From: a virus
Lineage: Duplodnaviria > Caudoviricetes
Length of the DNA: 43,180 nt
IMG/VR virus record: IMGVR_UViG_3300020711_000016
Span: 1-43,180 of that record
Direction: 5' to 3' (one strand)
Shown here: piece after piece, positions 1 through 10,172 of the stretch
How positions within the stretch are numbered: position 1 is the stretch's first letter
Layout: every line of letters begins with the position of its first letter
Notes under the pieces: generated by a model
Told to the model about the DNA's origin: nothing
The model's input: only the letters and a program-made list of their open reading frames with translations
The model's database searches: none
Translations under genes and position numbers: made by a program

Positions 1-3000
1 ATCACTAATTTTTGACGCTGTATCTGTGCCTGTGGAGCTTTTAATAGTTCAGATAATGGAGTTTTAGTAAACCCGTTTTTTACTTTAGCATCTTGGAGTT
101 TGCTCCATTCTTCACGAGCTTTAGAAATAGCCGCATTATCTCCATCTTTTTTAGCTTCTATATAGTCTTGCTTAACTTCAGAAGTCTTTTCTTTATAGAA
201 CTTTTCATACTTAATTAGCTCAGACTGTAAATACTGGCGATCAGTAATTTTGGTAGTCGGCAACCCAATAGCTTGCCCAACAATGTCAGCAAAGCTCATC
301 TCATCTGCGGAAAGAAGTTGGTCTCCATTAGTTGCAGTTACTCCATCTGTGGCAAATCGAAGAGCTTTTAAGCCATTGGACACTCCACTTGGCAATACTT
401 CTTCCATACCTTTATAGATATTTCCATTAGCCATCTTCCCTACACCATCTACCATTTTTGGTAATAACCCACCAATAAAAGGCCCAGCTAACCCAAGTAT
501 GGCTTTTTCAGCCCCGCTCTTAGTAGCGCTTACATCTGTATAAGGTAGCAAAGACCCAACATTTTGCATGCTTAGTTTACTTAGATCTACACCTACCAAA
601 TTAGGAACGCCATGGGCTAAAGTAGTCCCACAATGCTTAATTAACCATGCTTCAAAATCTTCTGGATCGTCATCATCCCCACCAATACCTTTAGCAAGAG
701 AATAGGCAAGTGAAGCTAATGCGTAAATTGGAACACCTTTCAAGCCACCAAGTACTGCAGTATGGGCAAATAAGAACATAAATTGTTTAGCTGCAATTTT
801 GCGCTCATCGTATGTAACATCTTTACCCAGCATCTTTTGGAATTCACGAGCCAGCATAGATAACTGGATAACTTGAAACTTCTTAAATTGGGTAACTGAT
901 CTTACGAATCCATGACCACCCATGTAACGTGGAGTATTAAATCCATCGTACGAACCATGAGTAACGTGAATTACTTCCCTAGCAGCATTAGTAGCTTTAG
1001 TTTTATCACCAGACTTAATCATCTCCAACCGATATGCTGCTGCAGCTGCAGTAACACGGTTAATAGTTTCTACGTTATTAATACCACTACGTAAAGCATT
1101 AGTTACTTTTAGGTATGATGTTCTTGGGTCTAATGCAGATCCTTGATCGCTATAAAAACCACGAGACTCAGCTTCTTGTCCAATAGTAATTTTTCCTTCT
1201 TCTACTAAATGGCGTATTACCTCACGAATATCAGTAGGCAACTTTTCTAAATCAAGGCTCTTATCTTTTAATAAAGTAAAAATATCCTTGTAGGCATTAT
1301 TAAGTGCCCGAACAGATTTAAAATAGCCATGCTGACCAGCCATCCAAGGTAAAGAAAGCACATATGATTGCGTAGCTTGTTGGAAATAGAAACCTGGGGA
1401 AAAAGTTAAGAACATATCCCCCGTAAGGCGATTGACACTATCCCATATGCTAGGCTGACGCATTGCTAATGACATTTCTTCATGCATCAATAATTCATTA
1501 AGTAAAGGGTTAGCGTTGGTACGGTCTCCGCCTTCTTTAGCTTCTTTTTGCATATCGACCATAGATTTAGTCATTGCTGCTCTAGTCTGGATATTAGCTA
1601 GGTAATGCTCTTTTGCCATTCCTTGAGTAAAGAACCCACGCAACATATCAGTATTAAATCCATGTACTTTCTTACGCTCCATCTCGGATTTACGGGCACT
1701 AGCATTAGCTAAAGACATTAGGTATAGATCATTAACCATACCCTTAAGCTTGGAGGCAATCTTCTTATCAGAATCACTAGCACCTTCATCAACATCAAGC
1801 AATTTAGAAAGCGAATTATCTAACTTAGCAAATGCATGAATTAAATCACGCCCTTCTTGGGTTTTAGTTCTTTCAAATGGAGTTTCTACATTATCGTATC
1901 CAAGATCAATAAGCTTTTGGTAAATCTGTTTACCTTCTCCCATGCTTTCCGCAAATTGAACTGTACGATGATTTTCATCTGACTCATGGTCAGACATCCA
2001 TTTAGTATCTTTACTCTTTTCTGCCGCTAACCATTCTTTTGATTTGGCTACAACAACATAATTACCAAATCGATTAAGTGGTGCATATGGAGTATTCGGA
2101 TCAGTTTTCATAATGGCATCAAACTTCTTAAGAGCTAATGATTTCTCTTTTTCTATTTTTGCTATTTCTTTTTCATCTGATCCAGCTGCTTTAACTTGAG
2201 AGGCAAATAGTTCGTTAACTAAATTTGTATGTATCGACTTCTCACGCAATAATTGCTCCCGCCCAGAAGTAAAGACATCTTTAATAACTTCCTGCTCTTG
2301 CTTGCTTAATTTATCAAACGCAGCTATATTTTTTGGGCTAGTAGTTACAGCGATAGGAGTTCCATTAATATCTTTTAGTTTTGGATCATAACCCCAATGC
2401 CCACTAATAGTCATATCTGCTAAAAGCTTATTAACGTTAACTCTTTGTGCATTTGTTAATGCTTGGGCCTTAGCAGTAATATTAATGATGTTTTGCTCAC
2501 CAATACGTATTAGAGCTTGTTTTTGCTTAAAGGCTGCGACGAAATCTTTACTAGACTCCATATACTTTTGAGCCATATGAGCCACATCTTCAGTAATAGC
2601 AAAACCTAAACCATGTTTCTTAGCTCCATAGAAAGCAGAAGTAAACGCACTTATAGTTGGCTGCATCCATGTTGGAGCTTTATTAGTTGCAGCTTTTGCA
2701 TTTTCTGTAGCAGTATGAATAGCTTTAATACCAGAAGCTAATGAGAACTGAATATCCTCTTTTGGAGCCATAGACTCTTTACTAGGTCTATTACCATCAT
2801 TCATAGTGAGATGAGCTGCGCCATAAGCAAAATCTACTAAATCTTGTGCTGTTAAGTTTGCAGGGTTTAATCCCAATTTACGAATAGAGTTTTGGAAGGC
2901 TGTCCATAAAGCACGGAACCACTTAGCTAGTTCAGACTTATAGTCTAAAGCTCTAGGATTAACCCCAGCATTAATAGCCTCTTCAATAAAATAAGCTAGT

Positions 3001-6000
3001 AGTTCTGAATTAGCATGGGCATCTTTAACCCCAGCAAGGGACACTCTTTCTAGTGCAGCTTTTGCTATTTTACTTTCAATTGATCCGTCATTACGTTCTG
3101 ACCATTCAGTAATCTTATTAATTAAAGTATCAAATTGCTCATCGTTAAGATTTTCTTCAAGCCCTAAGTGAGCCCCAACCTCATGCATAAATACTGCACG
3201 TGTTTTTCCTGGTTCAATATTGTCTGCAATAAGATAAGCATTACCCGTACCAGCTTCAGTAACAAATCCCTGTGGGTTTCTATTGGAAATAGACTTTTGC
3301 AAACCGATAGGTAAGTCTTTAGCTGATTGAACAATCTTAAGTCTAGAACCTAGGTTCCCAATAAATGCTTCAAGGTCTGCACGAACTGCTTTGACGGTAG
3401 AACCTTCAGCTATTTCTGATGACGAACCATTCTGACGGTTTAAAACTACTTGATTATTCTTATATATCTTTGTAGTAGCCCCAGGTGTAACACCTTTACG
3501 CTGTTCATCTGTAAATGAGTTTCTAGCTTGCACATCTCTGGCCTCTACTTCACCAGCAATAATTCTGTACAGTTCATTTTTAATACCTGAATTACCAACT
3601 GCTGTATTAATAACACCTTTAATTACATCTTCGGTAGCTTTAATATTATTTCTAATTTCACTTTGCTCTTTGTAGAGCTCATTACGTTCTTTAGCTAACT
3701 TCATCCATTCTGATGATTTAGCAGTTTCCATGCGCTGACTTAACTTAGAGACTTTAAATTCGTTGAGGTTAAGGACAGATTTAGAAGTATCTAGTTCTTT
3801 ATATAGCTTAGTAAGATCCTCTGATAAAAGCTTTTCTATAGCAATATCAAGTTTTTCTAATTTACTTTTATTAACTAATAAAGCACCAGTATTTTCTTTG
3901 GCATCTCTAGCAATTTCTAGATCTATTGCATTATCTTCTAGTGCAGTTCCAACTTGATCTTTTAGTTTAGTAAGCGCTTCTTTATTATCCAAGCGAATAG
4001 AAGTGTCATTTCCCCCAGGAGCAAAACCTTCTTCATTCTGAATCCAATGCTGAACTTCATGAAGCAATGTAGATAGTGGATCACCAGCATATGGAGTAAT
4101 ATTAATAGTGTTATTTACATCATCATATGAACCTTGTTGCATACCCCATATATCAAGGAACGCACCTTTACGAGTTACAGTAGTGTTAGCTAAATTTGGG
4201 TAGGCTGCAAATATTTCTGGAAAATTTAAAATCTCGCCTAGAGTGACAGATTGCTTGTCTTCTTTTGGCCCAATTGATTCGAGTACTACTTTGCCATCTT
4301 TAGTAGTAAGTTTTGCACTAGAATCATTAATCTCAAAACGCCAATGCCCATCAGCGCCTTTATACCATCCAGTCTCTTTCCATATGGCGTTATCAGACTT
4401 TCCTTGAGACTCCATTAAGCGAGCTGTAACTAAATCTGCTACTTTAGAAGTAGCTTGAGTAGCTTTTTTCCCAGCAAAAGAATACTGAACCTTATTGCGG
4501 TTAAGCAATGTGAGCATGTCTTTGACTTTATCGTTACCAGTCTTAACATGATCGATCCACTCATCTTGAGCTTTAGCACTAAGAGTACTAAATAGTGGGA
4601 CATTGATCTGAGCAGCGAGTTTATCCCAAATCTTAGGAGCTTCTTCTTTAGCTACTGTAACCTTCTCTTCTACCTTAGCAGCTTTCTTCTCAGCTACCTT
4701 TTTAGTTTTTTCTTTAGTTAATTTTTTACCAGTTTCTTCGTCAACAGCAGCAGCGTTTCTTAATTTTCTATTATTTGCTTCTGTTTGTTTCTTAGTAAGC
4801 TCAAGAAGTTTTTTAGACTCTTCCATTAATGCTTCTTCTTGGGCATGTAATTCATCTAGCTTAGCTTGCTTTTCTTCATTCCCCATTTCTAGGTCATCTT
4901 CAATAGCAGCTTTTTTATCTGTAATACTATTTAACTTTTCAAGTAGCTTGTAATGTTTTTGGTTAGTAGTGGTAACAGTGTTACCACGCTCAGATACACT
5001 TAAGCTTTTTCTATTATGGATAAATATTTGGCTGCTTTCGTTTGAGGCTTCTCCTTCAGCATTACCAGTATCCCCATCAGATTCTGCATCAGATTTTGTA
5101 ATAGCATCAGACTCGGCATTAGATTCTTTTTTAGCTTCCTCTAATCGTAGGTTTTCATAGTCTGAGCTACCTTCATTATTTTTTGTATTGGTGATACTTT
5201 GACCATCTGCCTGGATCAATCCATGCCCATTACTTTCAATAGAAGCATTTTTAACGCTATTTGCAATTAACCCAAGAACATCTTCTTTAGACATCCCGTG
5301 AATGTTAGCTACTTTATCTACTGCCTCTTGTATAGCTTTGCTATTGTCCTCTAGGAATGTAGGCATTAACGATGCCCATCTTTGTGATGTTCTTTCGCCT
5401 ATTCCATGAGCCGCAGCAACTTCCATATGTTTATCATCTAAAGGGCTATGCAAATATGCTGCTACAAAATCTCTATATTTCTGAGTTAGTTTATCTGACC
5501 TACCTTTTTTCCCATTGGGAATTACATGCTGCAATACTTCATCGGCAATGTTATGAATCTTATGCTGGTTGGCAGTATCGTCTGCAATTTTTTGGCTTAA
5601 GTGGGCAAGGTTTTCTTGGAGCAATCCATTAGCTTTACCTCTTGATACTTCCTCTACCCATTCTTTTTGTAGGTGAACTGGTAAGTCATAAAAACCTGTA
5701 CCAGATGCATCCATATCTGACCATGCTATTTCTGCTTTTTGGATTTGCTCTCTAAGTCCAGTATGTGCTGGAGTAGCGTTAGGTGCCCCTTGCGTATTAC
5801 GTGTTTGTGCTCCGCTGTCAGCTTGGATGGTGCTTCCCCCTCCCGTTTTTCCAGCTCCCGTTGCTTGAGCTGTTCCGACACCGACATTGGCTTGATCTTT
5901 TTGTCCAATTGCATCTCCAGTTAAATTATCTCTAAAGTTCTGCAGCATACCCACTTGGGCTTGGTCTGCTTTACCTTTTTTAGCACTCAGTTCTGCTAGC

Positions 6001-7679
6001 TTAACATCAATACGGTCAATAACTTCATGGATACCTGTATAGCCTTCGCCAACAGTTTTCTTAATCTCAGAAGCAAGTCTAGAGGATGTTAGTGGTGGCT
6101 TAGAACCATTGTTATTTTTATATGCAGCTAAGTATGCATAGTCAACTGCTTGTGCTTCTGGTGACTTCTGTTGTTCTTCCTCGCTAAGTTTATCAATAGC
6201 TTTTTGCAGTGTTACAGAAGGACCACCATTATGAAAGAAGTGATTTTGTCCGTTAAATGTATTACCAACTTGACGTGAGCTATCCTGATTCATTAGTGGA
6301 GTAGCTCCACCATACTTATTAACTATTTCATCACGATGAGCTTGCATAGCTTCTTGGTTAGCTGCGTCTTGCTCAGTTTGTTGTTGCTGTTTAGCTTGCG
6401 CAATTTGTGCAGGTAATGCATTAGCTTGGTGAAGGGATAACTCACCTTGGGTAAGTTCACGCTCAATACCTGTTGCTGGGTCACTTACACGCACTCCACT
6501 TGGCTCGTCCATAGCAGCTTTCATATCTGCTTGGCGTTGCGCTAGGATCTTTTTGTTTTGCTCAACTACACCTGCGGCTTGGTTAATAATATCTTGGGTA
6601 GATAAGCCTGAATCACTATGGATATTGATTGCAGTATTTAAAGCATCAGAATCTGAGCTTGCGGAATTTCCACCATTGAGTAAAGTATCTCCAGCAGACT
6701 TATGTTTGCCCCCGAACATACCACCACCAGCACCCATTACGCCTTCAACTAATCCACCAGCAGCAATAGAATTAACACGTTGATCGTATTTCTGAGCATC
6801 AGTTAAGTTTTTATTGAGGGACATCTCCAATTCATTTTGGATACCTTCACTAGTAGCACCAGTTAAGCTCTGTACTCCAGCAGTCTTACCCATACGAGTT
6901 AGTAAGTTGCCAGTAAACCCATGGCTACCACCCATCAACATCGCTTCAGGTAGCGTTTCTGCTAAAGCATGTGGAGCTCCAAGAGCTAAAGCTTTTAATC
7001 CGGCATTGTCTTCACCACCATCTAAAGCAGATTGATATTCAGAACCTACACCAGTTGCATAGTTAAATGCACCGCCACCAACTAACTGCTTAGCAAATCC
7101 CATGCCGCCTTCAAGCGCAGCTTTCTTCGCACCAAATTCAGCACCAGCTTCAGCCCCTGCAACAGCTAATCTACCAGCCATACCACCGCCACCCATTAAT
7201 CTTGGGAGGAAAGCAGCAGCTCTAGCAATACCCGCAGGGATAGCAACCTCAGGTGTAACCATACCAGCAACAACACCACCGATTAAGTTAGGGATTTGTT
7301 TTGCTACTTGATACCCTAGATAAGGAAGTGCAGAACCTGCTGTTTGATCTCTAATATTATCTAGGTCTGGTCGACCATTAAGTTCAGATTGAACTTGGTT
7401 ATCTTTAGCCCAACGATTAAACTTATCTCTTACACCAGTAGCTCCAAGAGCATCAGCCCCAGCAGCAATTGCAGATTGGCCTAAGCCTTGTAAATCATCG
7501 ATTCCTGAGGAAACACCTGCCCCCATAAAGTTTCGATTGTCATCTACTTTTACACCAAGCTCTTTTGCAACATCTCTAATGGGCATCCCCGTTAGCTCAG
7601 AACCCTTTGAAATAATTTCTTCATCGGATAAATCTTTAGCCCACGGTGCTGCTTGTCGAATCTGGTCAAACAATGGCAT
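1..7679 (-). CDS. Giant virion/ejection polyvalent protein (>2550 aa, 3' end outside window): Gly/Ala-rich N-terminus, LPD23-like region, second zincin-like metallopeptidase, C-terminal PLxRFG domain
   Basis: ATG at 7677-7679 with AAAGG upstream, just after the stop of 7689..9014. Manual translation (MPLFDQIRQAAPWAKDLSDEEII...) stays open to base 1. In-frame motifs: WKETGWYKGADGHWRFEIND (~4325-4385), LLHEVQHWIQNEEGFAPGG (HEVQH 4047-4061), AGEVEARDV (~3535-3557), VFMHEVGAHLG (HEVGAH 3168-3185), PYAPLNRFGNYVV (PLNRFG 2064-2081). Its absence from the ORF track fits having no stop codon in the window. Confidence 0.9.
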   Translation of the reverse strand, partial: MPLFDQIRQAAPWAKDLSDEEIISKGSELTGMPIRDVAKELGVKVDDNRNFMGAGVSSGIDDLQGLGQSAIAAGADALGATGVRDKFNRWAKDNQVQSELNGRPDLDNIRDQTAGSALPYLGYQVAKQIPNLIGGVVAGMVTPEVAIPAGIARAAAFLPRLMGGGGMAGRLAVAGAEAGAEFGAKKAALEGGMGFAKQLVGGGAFNYATGVGSEYQSALDGGEDNAGLKALALGAPHALAETLPEAMLMGGSHGFTGNLLTRMGKTAGVQSLTGATSEGIQNELEMSLNKNLTDAQKYDQRVNSIAAGGLVEGVMGAGGGMFGGKHKSAGDTLLNGGNSASSDSDALNTAINIHSDSGLSTQDIINQAAGVVEQNKKILAQRQADMKAAMDEPSGVRVSDPATGIERELTQGELSLHQANALPAQIAQAKQQQQTEQDAANQEAMQAHRDEIVNKYGGATPLMNQDSSRQVGNTFNGQNHFFHNGGPSVTLQKAIDKLSEEEQQKSPEAQAVDYAYLAAYKNNNGSKPPLTSSRLASEIKKTVGEGYTGIHEVIDRIDVKLAELSAKKGKADQAQVGMLQNFRDNLTGDAIGQKDQANVGVGTAQATGAGKTGGGSTIQADSGAQTRNTQGAPNATPAHTGLREQIQKAEIAWSDMDASGTGFYDLPVHLQKEWVEEVSRGKANGLLQENLAHLSQKIADDTANQHKIHNIADEVLQHVIPNGKKGRSDKLTQKYRDFVAAYLHSPLDDKHMEVAAAHGIGERTSQRWASLMPTFLEDNSKAIQEAVDKVANIHGMSKEDVLGLIANSVKNASIESNGHGLIQADGQSITNTKNNEGSSDYENLRLEEAKKESNAESDAITKSDAESDGDTGNAEGEASNESSQIFIHNRKSLSVSERGNTVTTTNQKHYKLLEKLNSITDKKAAIEDDLEMGNEEKQAKLDELHAQEEALMEESKKLLELTKKQTEANNRKLRNAAAVDEETGKKLTKEKTKKVAEKKAAKVEEKVTVAKEEAPKIWDKLAAQINVPLFSTLSAKAQDEWIDHVKTGNDKVKDMLTLLNRNKVQYSFAGKKATQATSKVADLVTARLMESQGKSDNAIWKETGWYKGADGHWRFEINDSSAKLTTKDGKVVLESIGPKEDKQSVTLGEILNFPEIFAAYPNLANTTVTRKGAFLDIWGMQQGSYDDVNNTINITPYAGDPLSTLLHEVQHWIQNEEGFAPGGNDTSIRLDNKEALTKLKDQVGTALEDNAIDLEIARDAKENTGALLVNKSKLEKLDIAIEKLLSEDLTKLYKELDTSKSVLNLNEFKVSKLSQRMETAKSSEWMKLAKERNELYKEQSEIRNNIKATEDVIKGVINTAVGNSGIKNELYRIIAGEVEARDVQARNSFTDEQRKGVTPGATTKIYKNNQVVLNRQNGSSSEIAEGSTVKAVRADLEAFIGNLGSRLKIVQSAKDLPIGLQKSISNRNPQGFVTEAGTGNAYLIADNIEPGKTRAVFMHEVGAHLGLEENLNDEQFDTLINKITEWSERNDGSIESKIAKAALERVSLAGVKDAHANSELLAYFIEEAINAGVNPRALDYKSELAKWFRALWTAFQNSIRKLGLNPANLTAQDLVDFAYGAAHLTMNDGNRPSKESMAPKEDIQFSLASGIKAIHTATENAKAATNKAPTWMQPTISAFTSAFYGAKKHGLGFAITEDVAHMAQKYMESSKDFVAAFKQKQALIRIGEQNIINITAKAQALTNAQRVNVNKLLADMTISGHWGYDPKLKDINGTPIAVTTSPKNIAAFDKLSKQEQEVIKDVFTSGREQLLREKSIHTNLVNELFASQVKAAGSDEKEIAKIEKEKSLALKKFDAIMKTDPNTPYAPLNRFGNYVVVAKSKEWLAAEKSKDTKWMSDHESDENHRTVQFAESMGEGKQIYQKLIDLGYDNVETPFERTKTQEGRDLIHAFAKLDNSLSKLLDVDEGASDSDKKIASKLKGMVNDLYLMSLANASARKSEMERKKVHGFNTDMLRGFFTQGMAKEHYLANIQTRAAMTKSMVDMQKEAKEGGDRTNANPLLNELLMHEEMSLAMRQPSIWDSVNRLTGDMFLTFSPGFYFQQATQSYVLSLPWMAGQHGYFKSVRALNNAYKDIFTLLKDKSLDLEKLPTDIREVIRHLVEEGKITIGQEAESRGFYSDQGSALDPRTSYLKVTNALRSGINNVETINRVTAAAAAYRLEMIKSGDKTKATNAAREVIHVTHGSYDGFNTPRYMGGHGFVRSVTQFKKFQVIQLSMLAREFQKMLGKDVTYDERKIAAKQFMFLFAHTAVLGGLKGVPIYALASLAYSLAKGIGGDDDDPEDFEAWLIKHCGTTLAHGVPNLVGVDLSKLSMQNVGSLLPYTDVSATKSGAEKAILGLAGPFIGGLLPKMVDGVGKMANGNIYKGMEEVLPSGVSNGLKALRFATDGVTATNGDQLLSADEMSFADIVGQAIGLPTTKITDRQYLQSELIKYEKFYKEKTSEVKQDYIEAKKDGDNAAISKAREEWSKLQDAKVKNGFTKTPLSELLKAPQAQIQRQKLV

Positions 7680-7688
7680 GGTAAACCT

Positions 7689-9014
7689 TTATTTTAATAA
7701 AGCAGCTGCTTGTTGTTTTTGTTTTGCATTTAATTCCCCTGTGTTAAGCCAACCAGCAAGAATTGCTTTACCTTGAGTATCTCCGGATCTAGCAGCATCT
7801 AACCAATGGTTATAGGCAGGATCGCTATAGTCTGTTTCGAATGGCTTAATTACTTGTTTACTTGGAGATTGCCCATTAGGTCCTGCATTCGCAAAAGCTG
7901 CTACTACTGCATTAGGTTTTGAATTAGGTAATCCTGTAGCGGGTATGAAATCACCTGCTTTTGCTGGATTAGAAATGTATAAAACCCCGCCTGAAGTAAT
8001 CATTCCTGTATTAGGATCTATTTTGATACCTTGATCTTTTGCATTAGGATCTTTTAGAAGTGCTCCATACCCAGCTTTTAATGCAGCTGCTGGCTCCCAG
8101 GGTTTACCAGTTTTGGGATCGTTCTCACCACTTCCAGTTAATGCAGCTGCGTAGTCACTTGCCTTAGAGGATAAAGATTCTTTACCATGATTGCTTTTAT
8201 AGTAATCAGCTCCAGCCATTGACATTGCAGCGGAAGCATTATTTTTATTAATGTCAGAAGGTGCAGTATCTTCTTTGACTTTAACTTCACGCCCTTTAAA
8301 GTTGAGCTCCATACCTTCTTTAAACTTACCTGGCAGCATTGAATACTCATTACTAGCCGCACGTGTAATCATCTCTCTCGCTGTTTCTGGAGTAATTGGA
8401 GTACTAGAGATTACTTTGCCTTTACTATTTACTTGAGCTACTGAATGGCTGTTGTCAAGCCCAGGAGTGATTTCAGCAGTATGCCCATCATCAAACCCAC
8501 TACCTTTTATTGGGTTGTTATAAGTAGGTTGGATTAGCTTAACGGCAGCTACTGGATCACTATCCACTAAAGACATAGCTTTAGTATATTTATCTGACCA
8601 GTTATCTTCTGACTGTGATCTTTTCTCAGTTCTAGCTGCTCCTGATATCTGCATAGCTTTTAATGGGTCAACCCCTGCAGCAACAGATCTTTGTAATAAC
8701 TCAGATGTTTTTTGGCCATCGGAATATGGAGTAGCTTGCATTTGAGCAGTAGGCCCTTGCTGTCCATTTGGTAAAGCCGATTGCCCAACAGTACCTGGAA
8801 CAGTTTGCTGACGTGTTGTAGCCGGATTAAATATCGTATCAGCTGCTATTGAAGATAATGCTTTTTGATGATCTTGCTCTTGTTGCCAAGCTTCAAATTG
8901 TGCTTTTTGTTGTTCAGCAAGTTGTTGCTGACGAGCATCTTCATTGAGCTTTGTATATGTGTTTACTGCTGTAGTACCTAAGGCACCAGCAAATGCTCCA
9001 GCGTTAAATCCCAT
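7689..9014 (-). CDS. Putative internal virion/ejection protein
   Basis: 441 aa; Gly/Ala-rich N-terminus followed by a Gln-rich coil; lies between the pilot-like gene and the giant protein, as in podovirus ejection gene trios (position-based call). Confidence 0.6.
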   Translation of the reverse strand: MGFNAGAFAGALGTTAVNTYTKLNEDARQQQLAEQQKAQFEAWQQEQDHQKALSSIAADTIFNPATTRQQTVPGTVGQSALPNGQQGPTAQMQATPYSDGQKTSELLQRSVAAGVDPLKAMQISGAARTEKRSQSEDNWSDKYTKAMSLVDSDPVAAVKLIQPTYNNPIKGSGFDDGHTAEITPGLDNSHSVAQVNSKGKVISSTPITPETAREMITRAASNEYSMLPGKFKEGMELNFKGREVKVKEDTAPSDINKNNASAAMSMAGADYYKSNHGKESLSSKASDYAAALTGSGENDPKTGKPWEPAAALKAGYGALLKDPNAKDQGIKIDPNTGMITSGGVLYISNPAKAGDFIPATGLPNSKPNAVVAAFANAGPNGQSPSKQVIKPFETDYSDPAYNHWLDAARSGDTQGKAILAGWLNTGELNAKQKQQAAALLK

Positions 9015-10172
9015 TTAGTTCACCTTTGAATAATCAACAGCTTTGTATCCTGAGTTTGTTTGGAATACAGCTTCAGGGAAAACATCCTCTACTTCGTGGG
9101 CCATATGCCCTCTAAATCTGCCATGCCCAGCTAGATTGTTGTCTTTAAACTCTTGCTTGTATTCGTATTCATAAACTGGGAGTCCGTTAAGTGCGGTACC
9201 CACAAGTTCAATATTTTCTTTTGTGCGGATATCAGAGAAAAAAGCGGCTACGCTTCCGGCTTTACCAATACCGCTCATAAGTCCGCCACCAAGAGCGCCT
9301 AGCCCTGCCCCTAATCCTGCAGATGATTGAGCATTAGCTTGTTGTTGAGAGTTGTAGGCAGAGATTTGACCGTTGTAAGAAGCAACACCAAGTTGACCAA
9401 CGTTGTTCCATCCTTGCATAGCACCACCATAACCTTGGGCGTAACTACTACCTAAGGCTTGAGCGTTCTGCATAGGGATCTGACCAGCAGCTAAGGAACT
9501 GTTACCAGCGTTTAAAGCCAATCCTGTTGATGTTGCTTGACTACCTGATAGACCCTGTCCTAGACCAATAGCATCCATTGACTTAGCCCACCCTAATTGC
9601 TCTGCTGCAGTACGGGCTTTTGTAGAGGCTGCTGCTGCCGTTGCTGACTGCATTACGCTATTAGCGTTAGCTTGTCCTTGATAAGAACCCGATGTTGGGT
9701 TGATACCGTAAGAACGCATAGTCATATTATTGTTCTTGTTAGTAATATCTGATTGAGCGTTTACATCGCCTACAGCTAGAGCTGCTTGGCGTTCAAAGTT
9801 ACCCTGCGTGTTGTAGGAATTAGCTTCGTTGACGAGCTTATCCTGAGCTGGGTAGAACTCATTTTGCATACGTTGTTGGTACGAATCAGCTAACGCAGAA
9901 TTCTTTTGGGTTAGGTCATACTGCTGTTGCTGGACTTTGTTAGACATATCTAACTGTGATTGGGACTGCGCTTGCATTGTTGGCCAAACGTTAGTCTTAA
10001 AGTCCTCATATTCAGCACTAGCTAAGTCAGCTTGTTTCTGTGCTGCAAGTCCAATATTAGGATCTGGGGATGGGGCTGATCCACCGCCTCCACCTTTACC
10101 ACCACCGTAGCATGTGTATATATCCATGAATGCACGGATATCCCAAAAGTATCTAAATAAACCACCTATCAT
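9015..10172 (-). CDS. Putative pilot/DNA-ejection protein with C-terminal peptidase S74-like (intramolecular chaperone) domain
   Basis: Probable start at ATG 10172 (ATGA overlap with the GNAT stop). Contains GGGKGGGGGSAP near the N-terminus, a Q/A/N-rich body, a glycine-rich hydrophobic segment, then FSDIRTKENI...GLPVYEYEY...GHMAHEVEDVFPEAV...YKAVDY. Confidence 0.7.
   Translation of the reverse strand: MIGGLFRYFWDIRAFMDIYTCYGGGKGGGGGSAPSPDPNIGLAAQKQADLASAEYEDFKTNVWPTMQAQSQSQLDMSNKVQQQQYDLTQKNSALADSYQQRMQNEFYPAQDKLVNEANSYNTQGNFERQAALAVGDVNAQSDITNKNNNMTMRSYGINPTSGSYQGQANANSVMQSATAAAASTKARTAAEQLGWAKSMDAIGLGQGLSGSQATSTGLALNAGNSSLAAGQIPMQNAQALGSSYAQGYGGAMQGWNNVGQLGVASYNGQISAYNSQQQANAQSSAGLGAGLGALGGGLMSGIGKAGSVAAFFSDIRTKENIELVGTALNGLPVYEYEYKQEFKDNNLAGHGRFRGHMAHEVEDVFPEAVFQTNSGYKAVDYSKVN

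Noticed and set aside
1-7688. Apparent gene desert suggesting stop-codon recoding or a large ncRNA
   Set aside because: It is one standard-code ORF truncated by the window edge; TAA, TAG and TGA all serve as stops elsewhere in the window.
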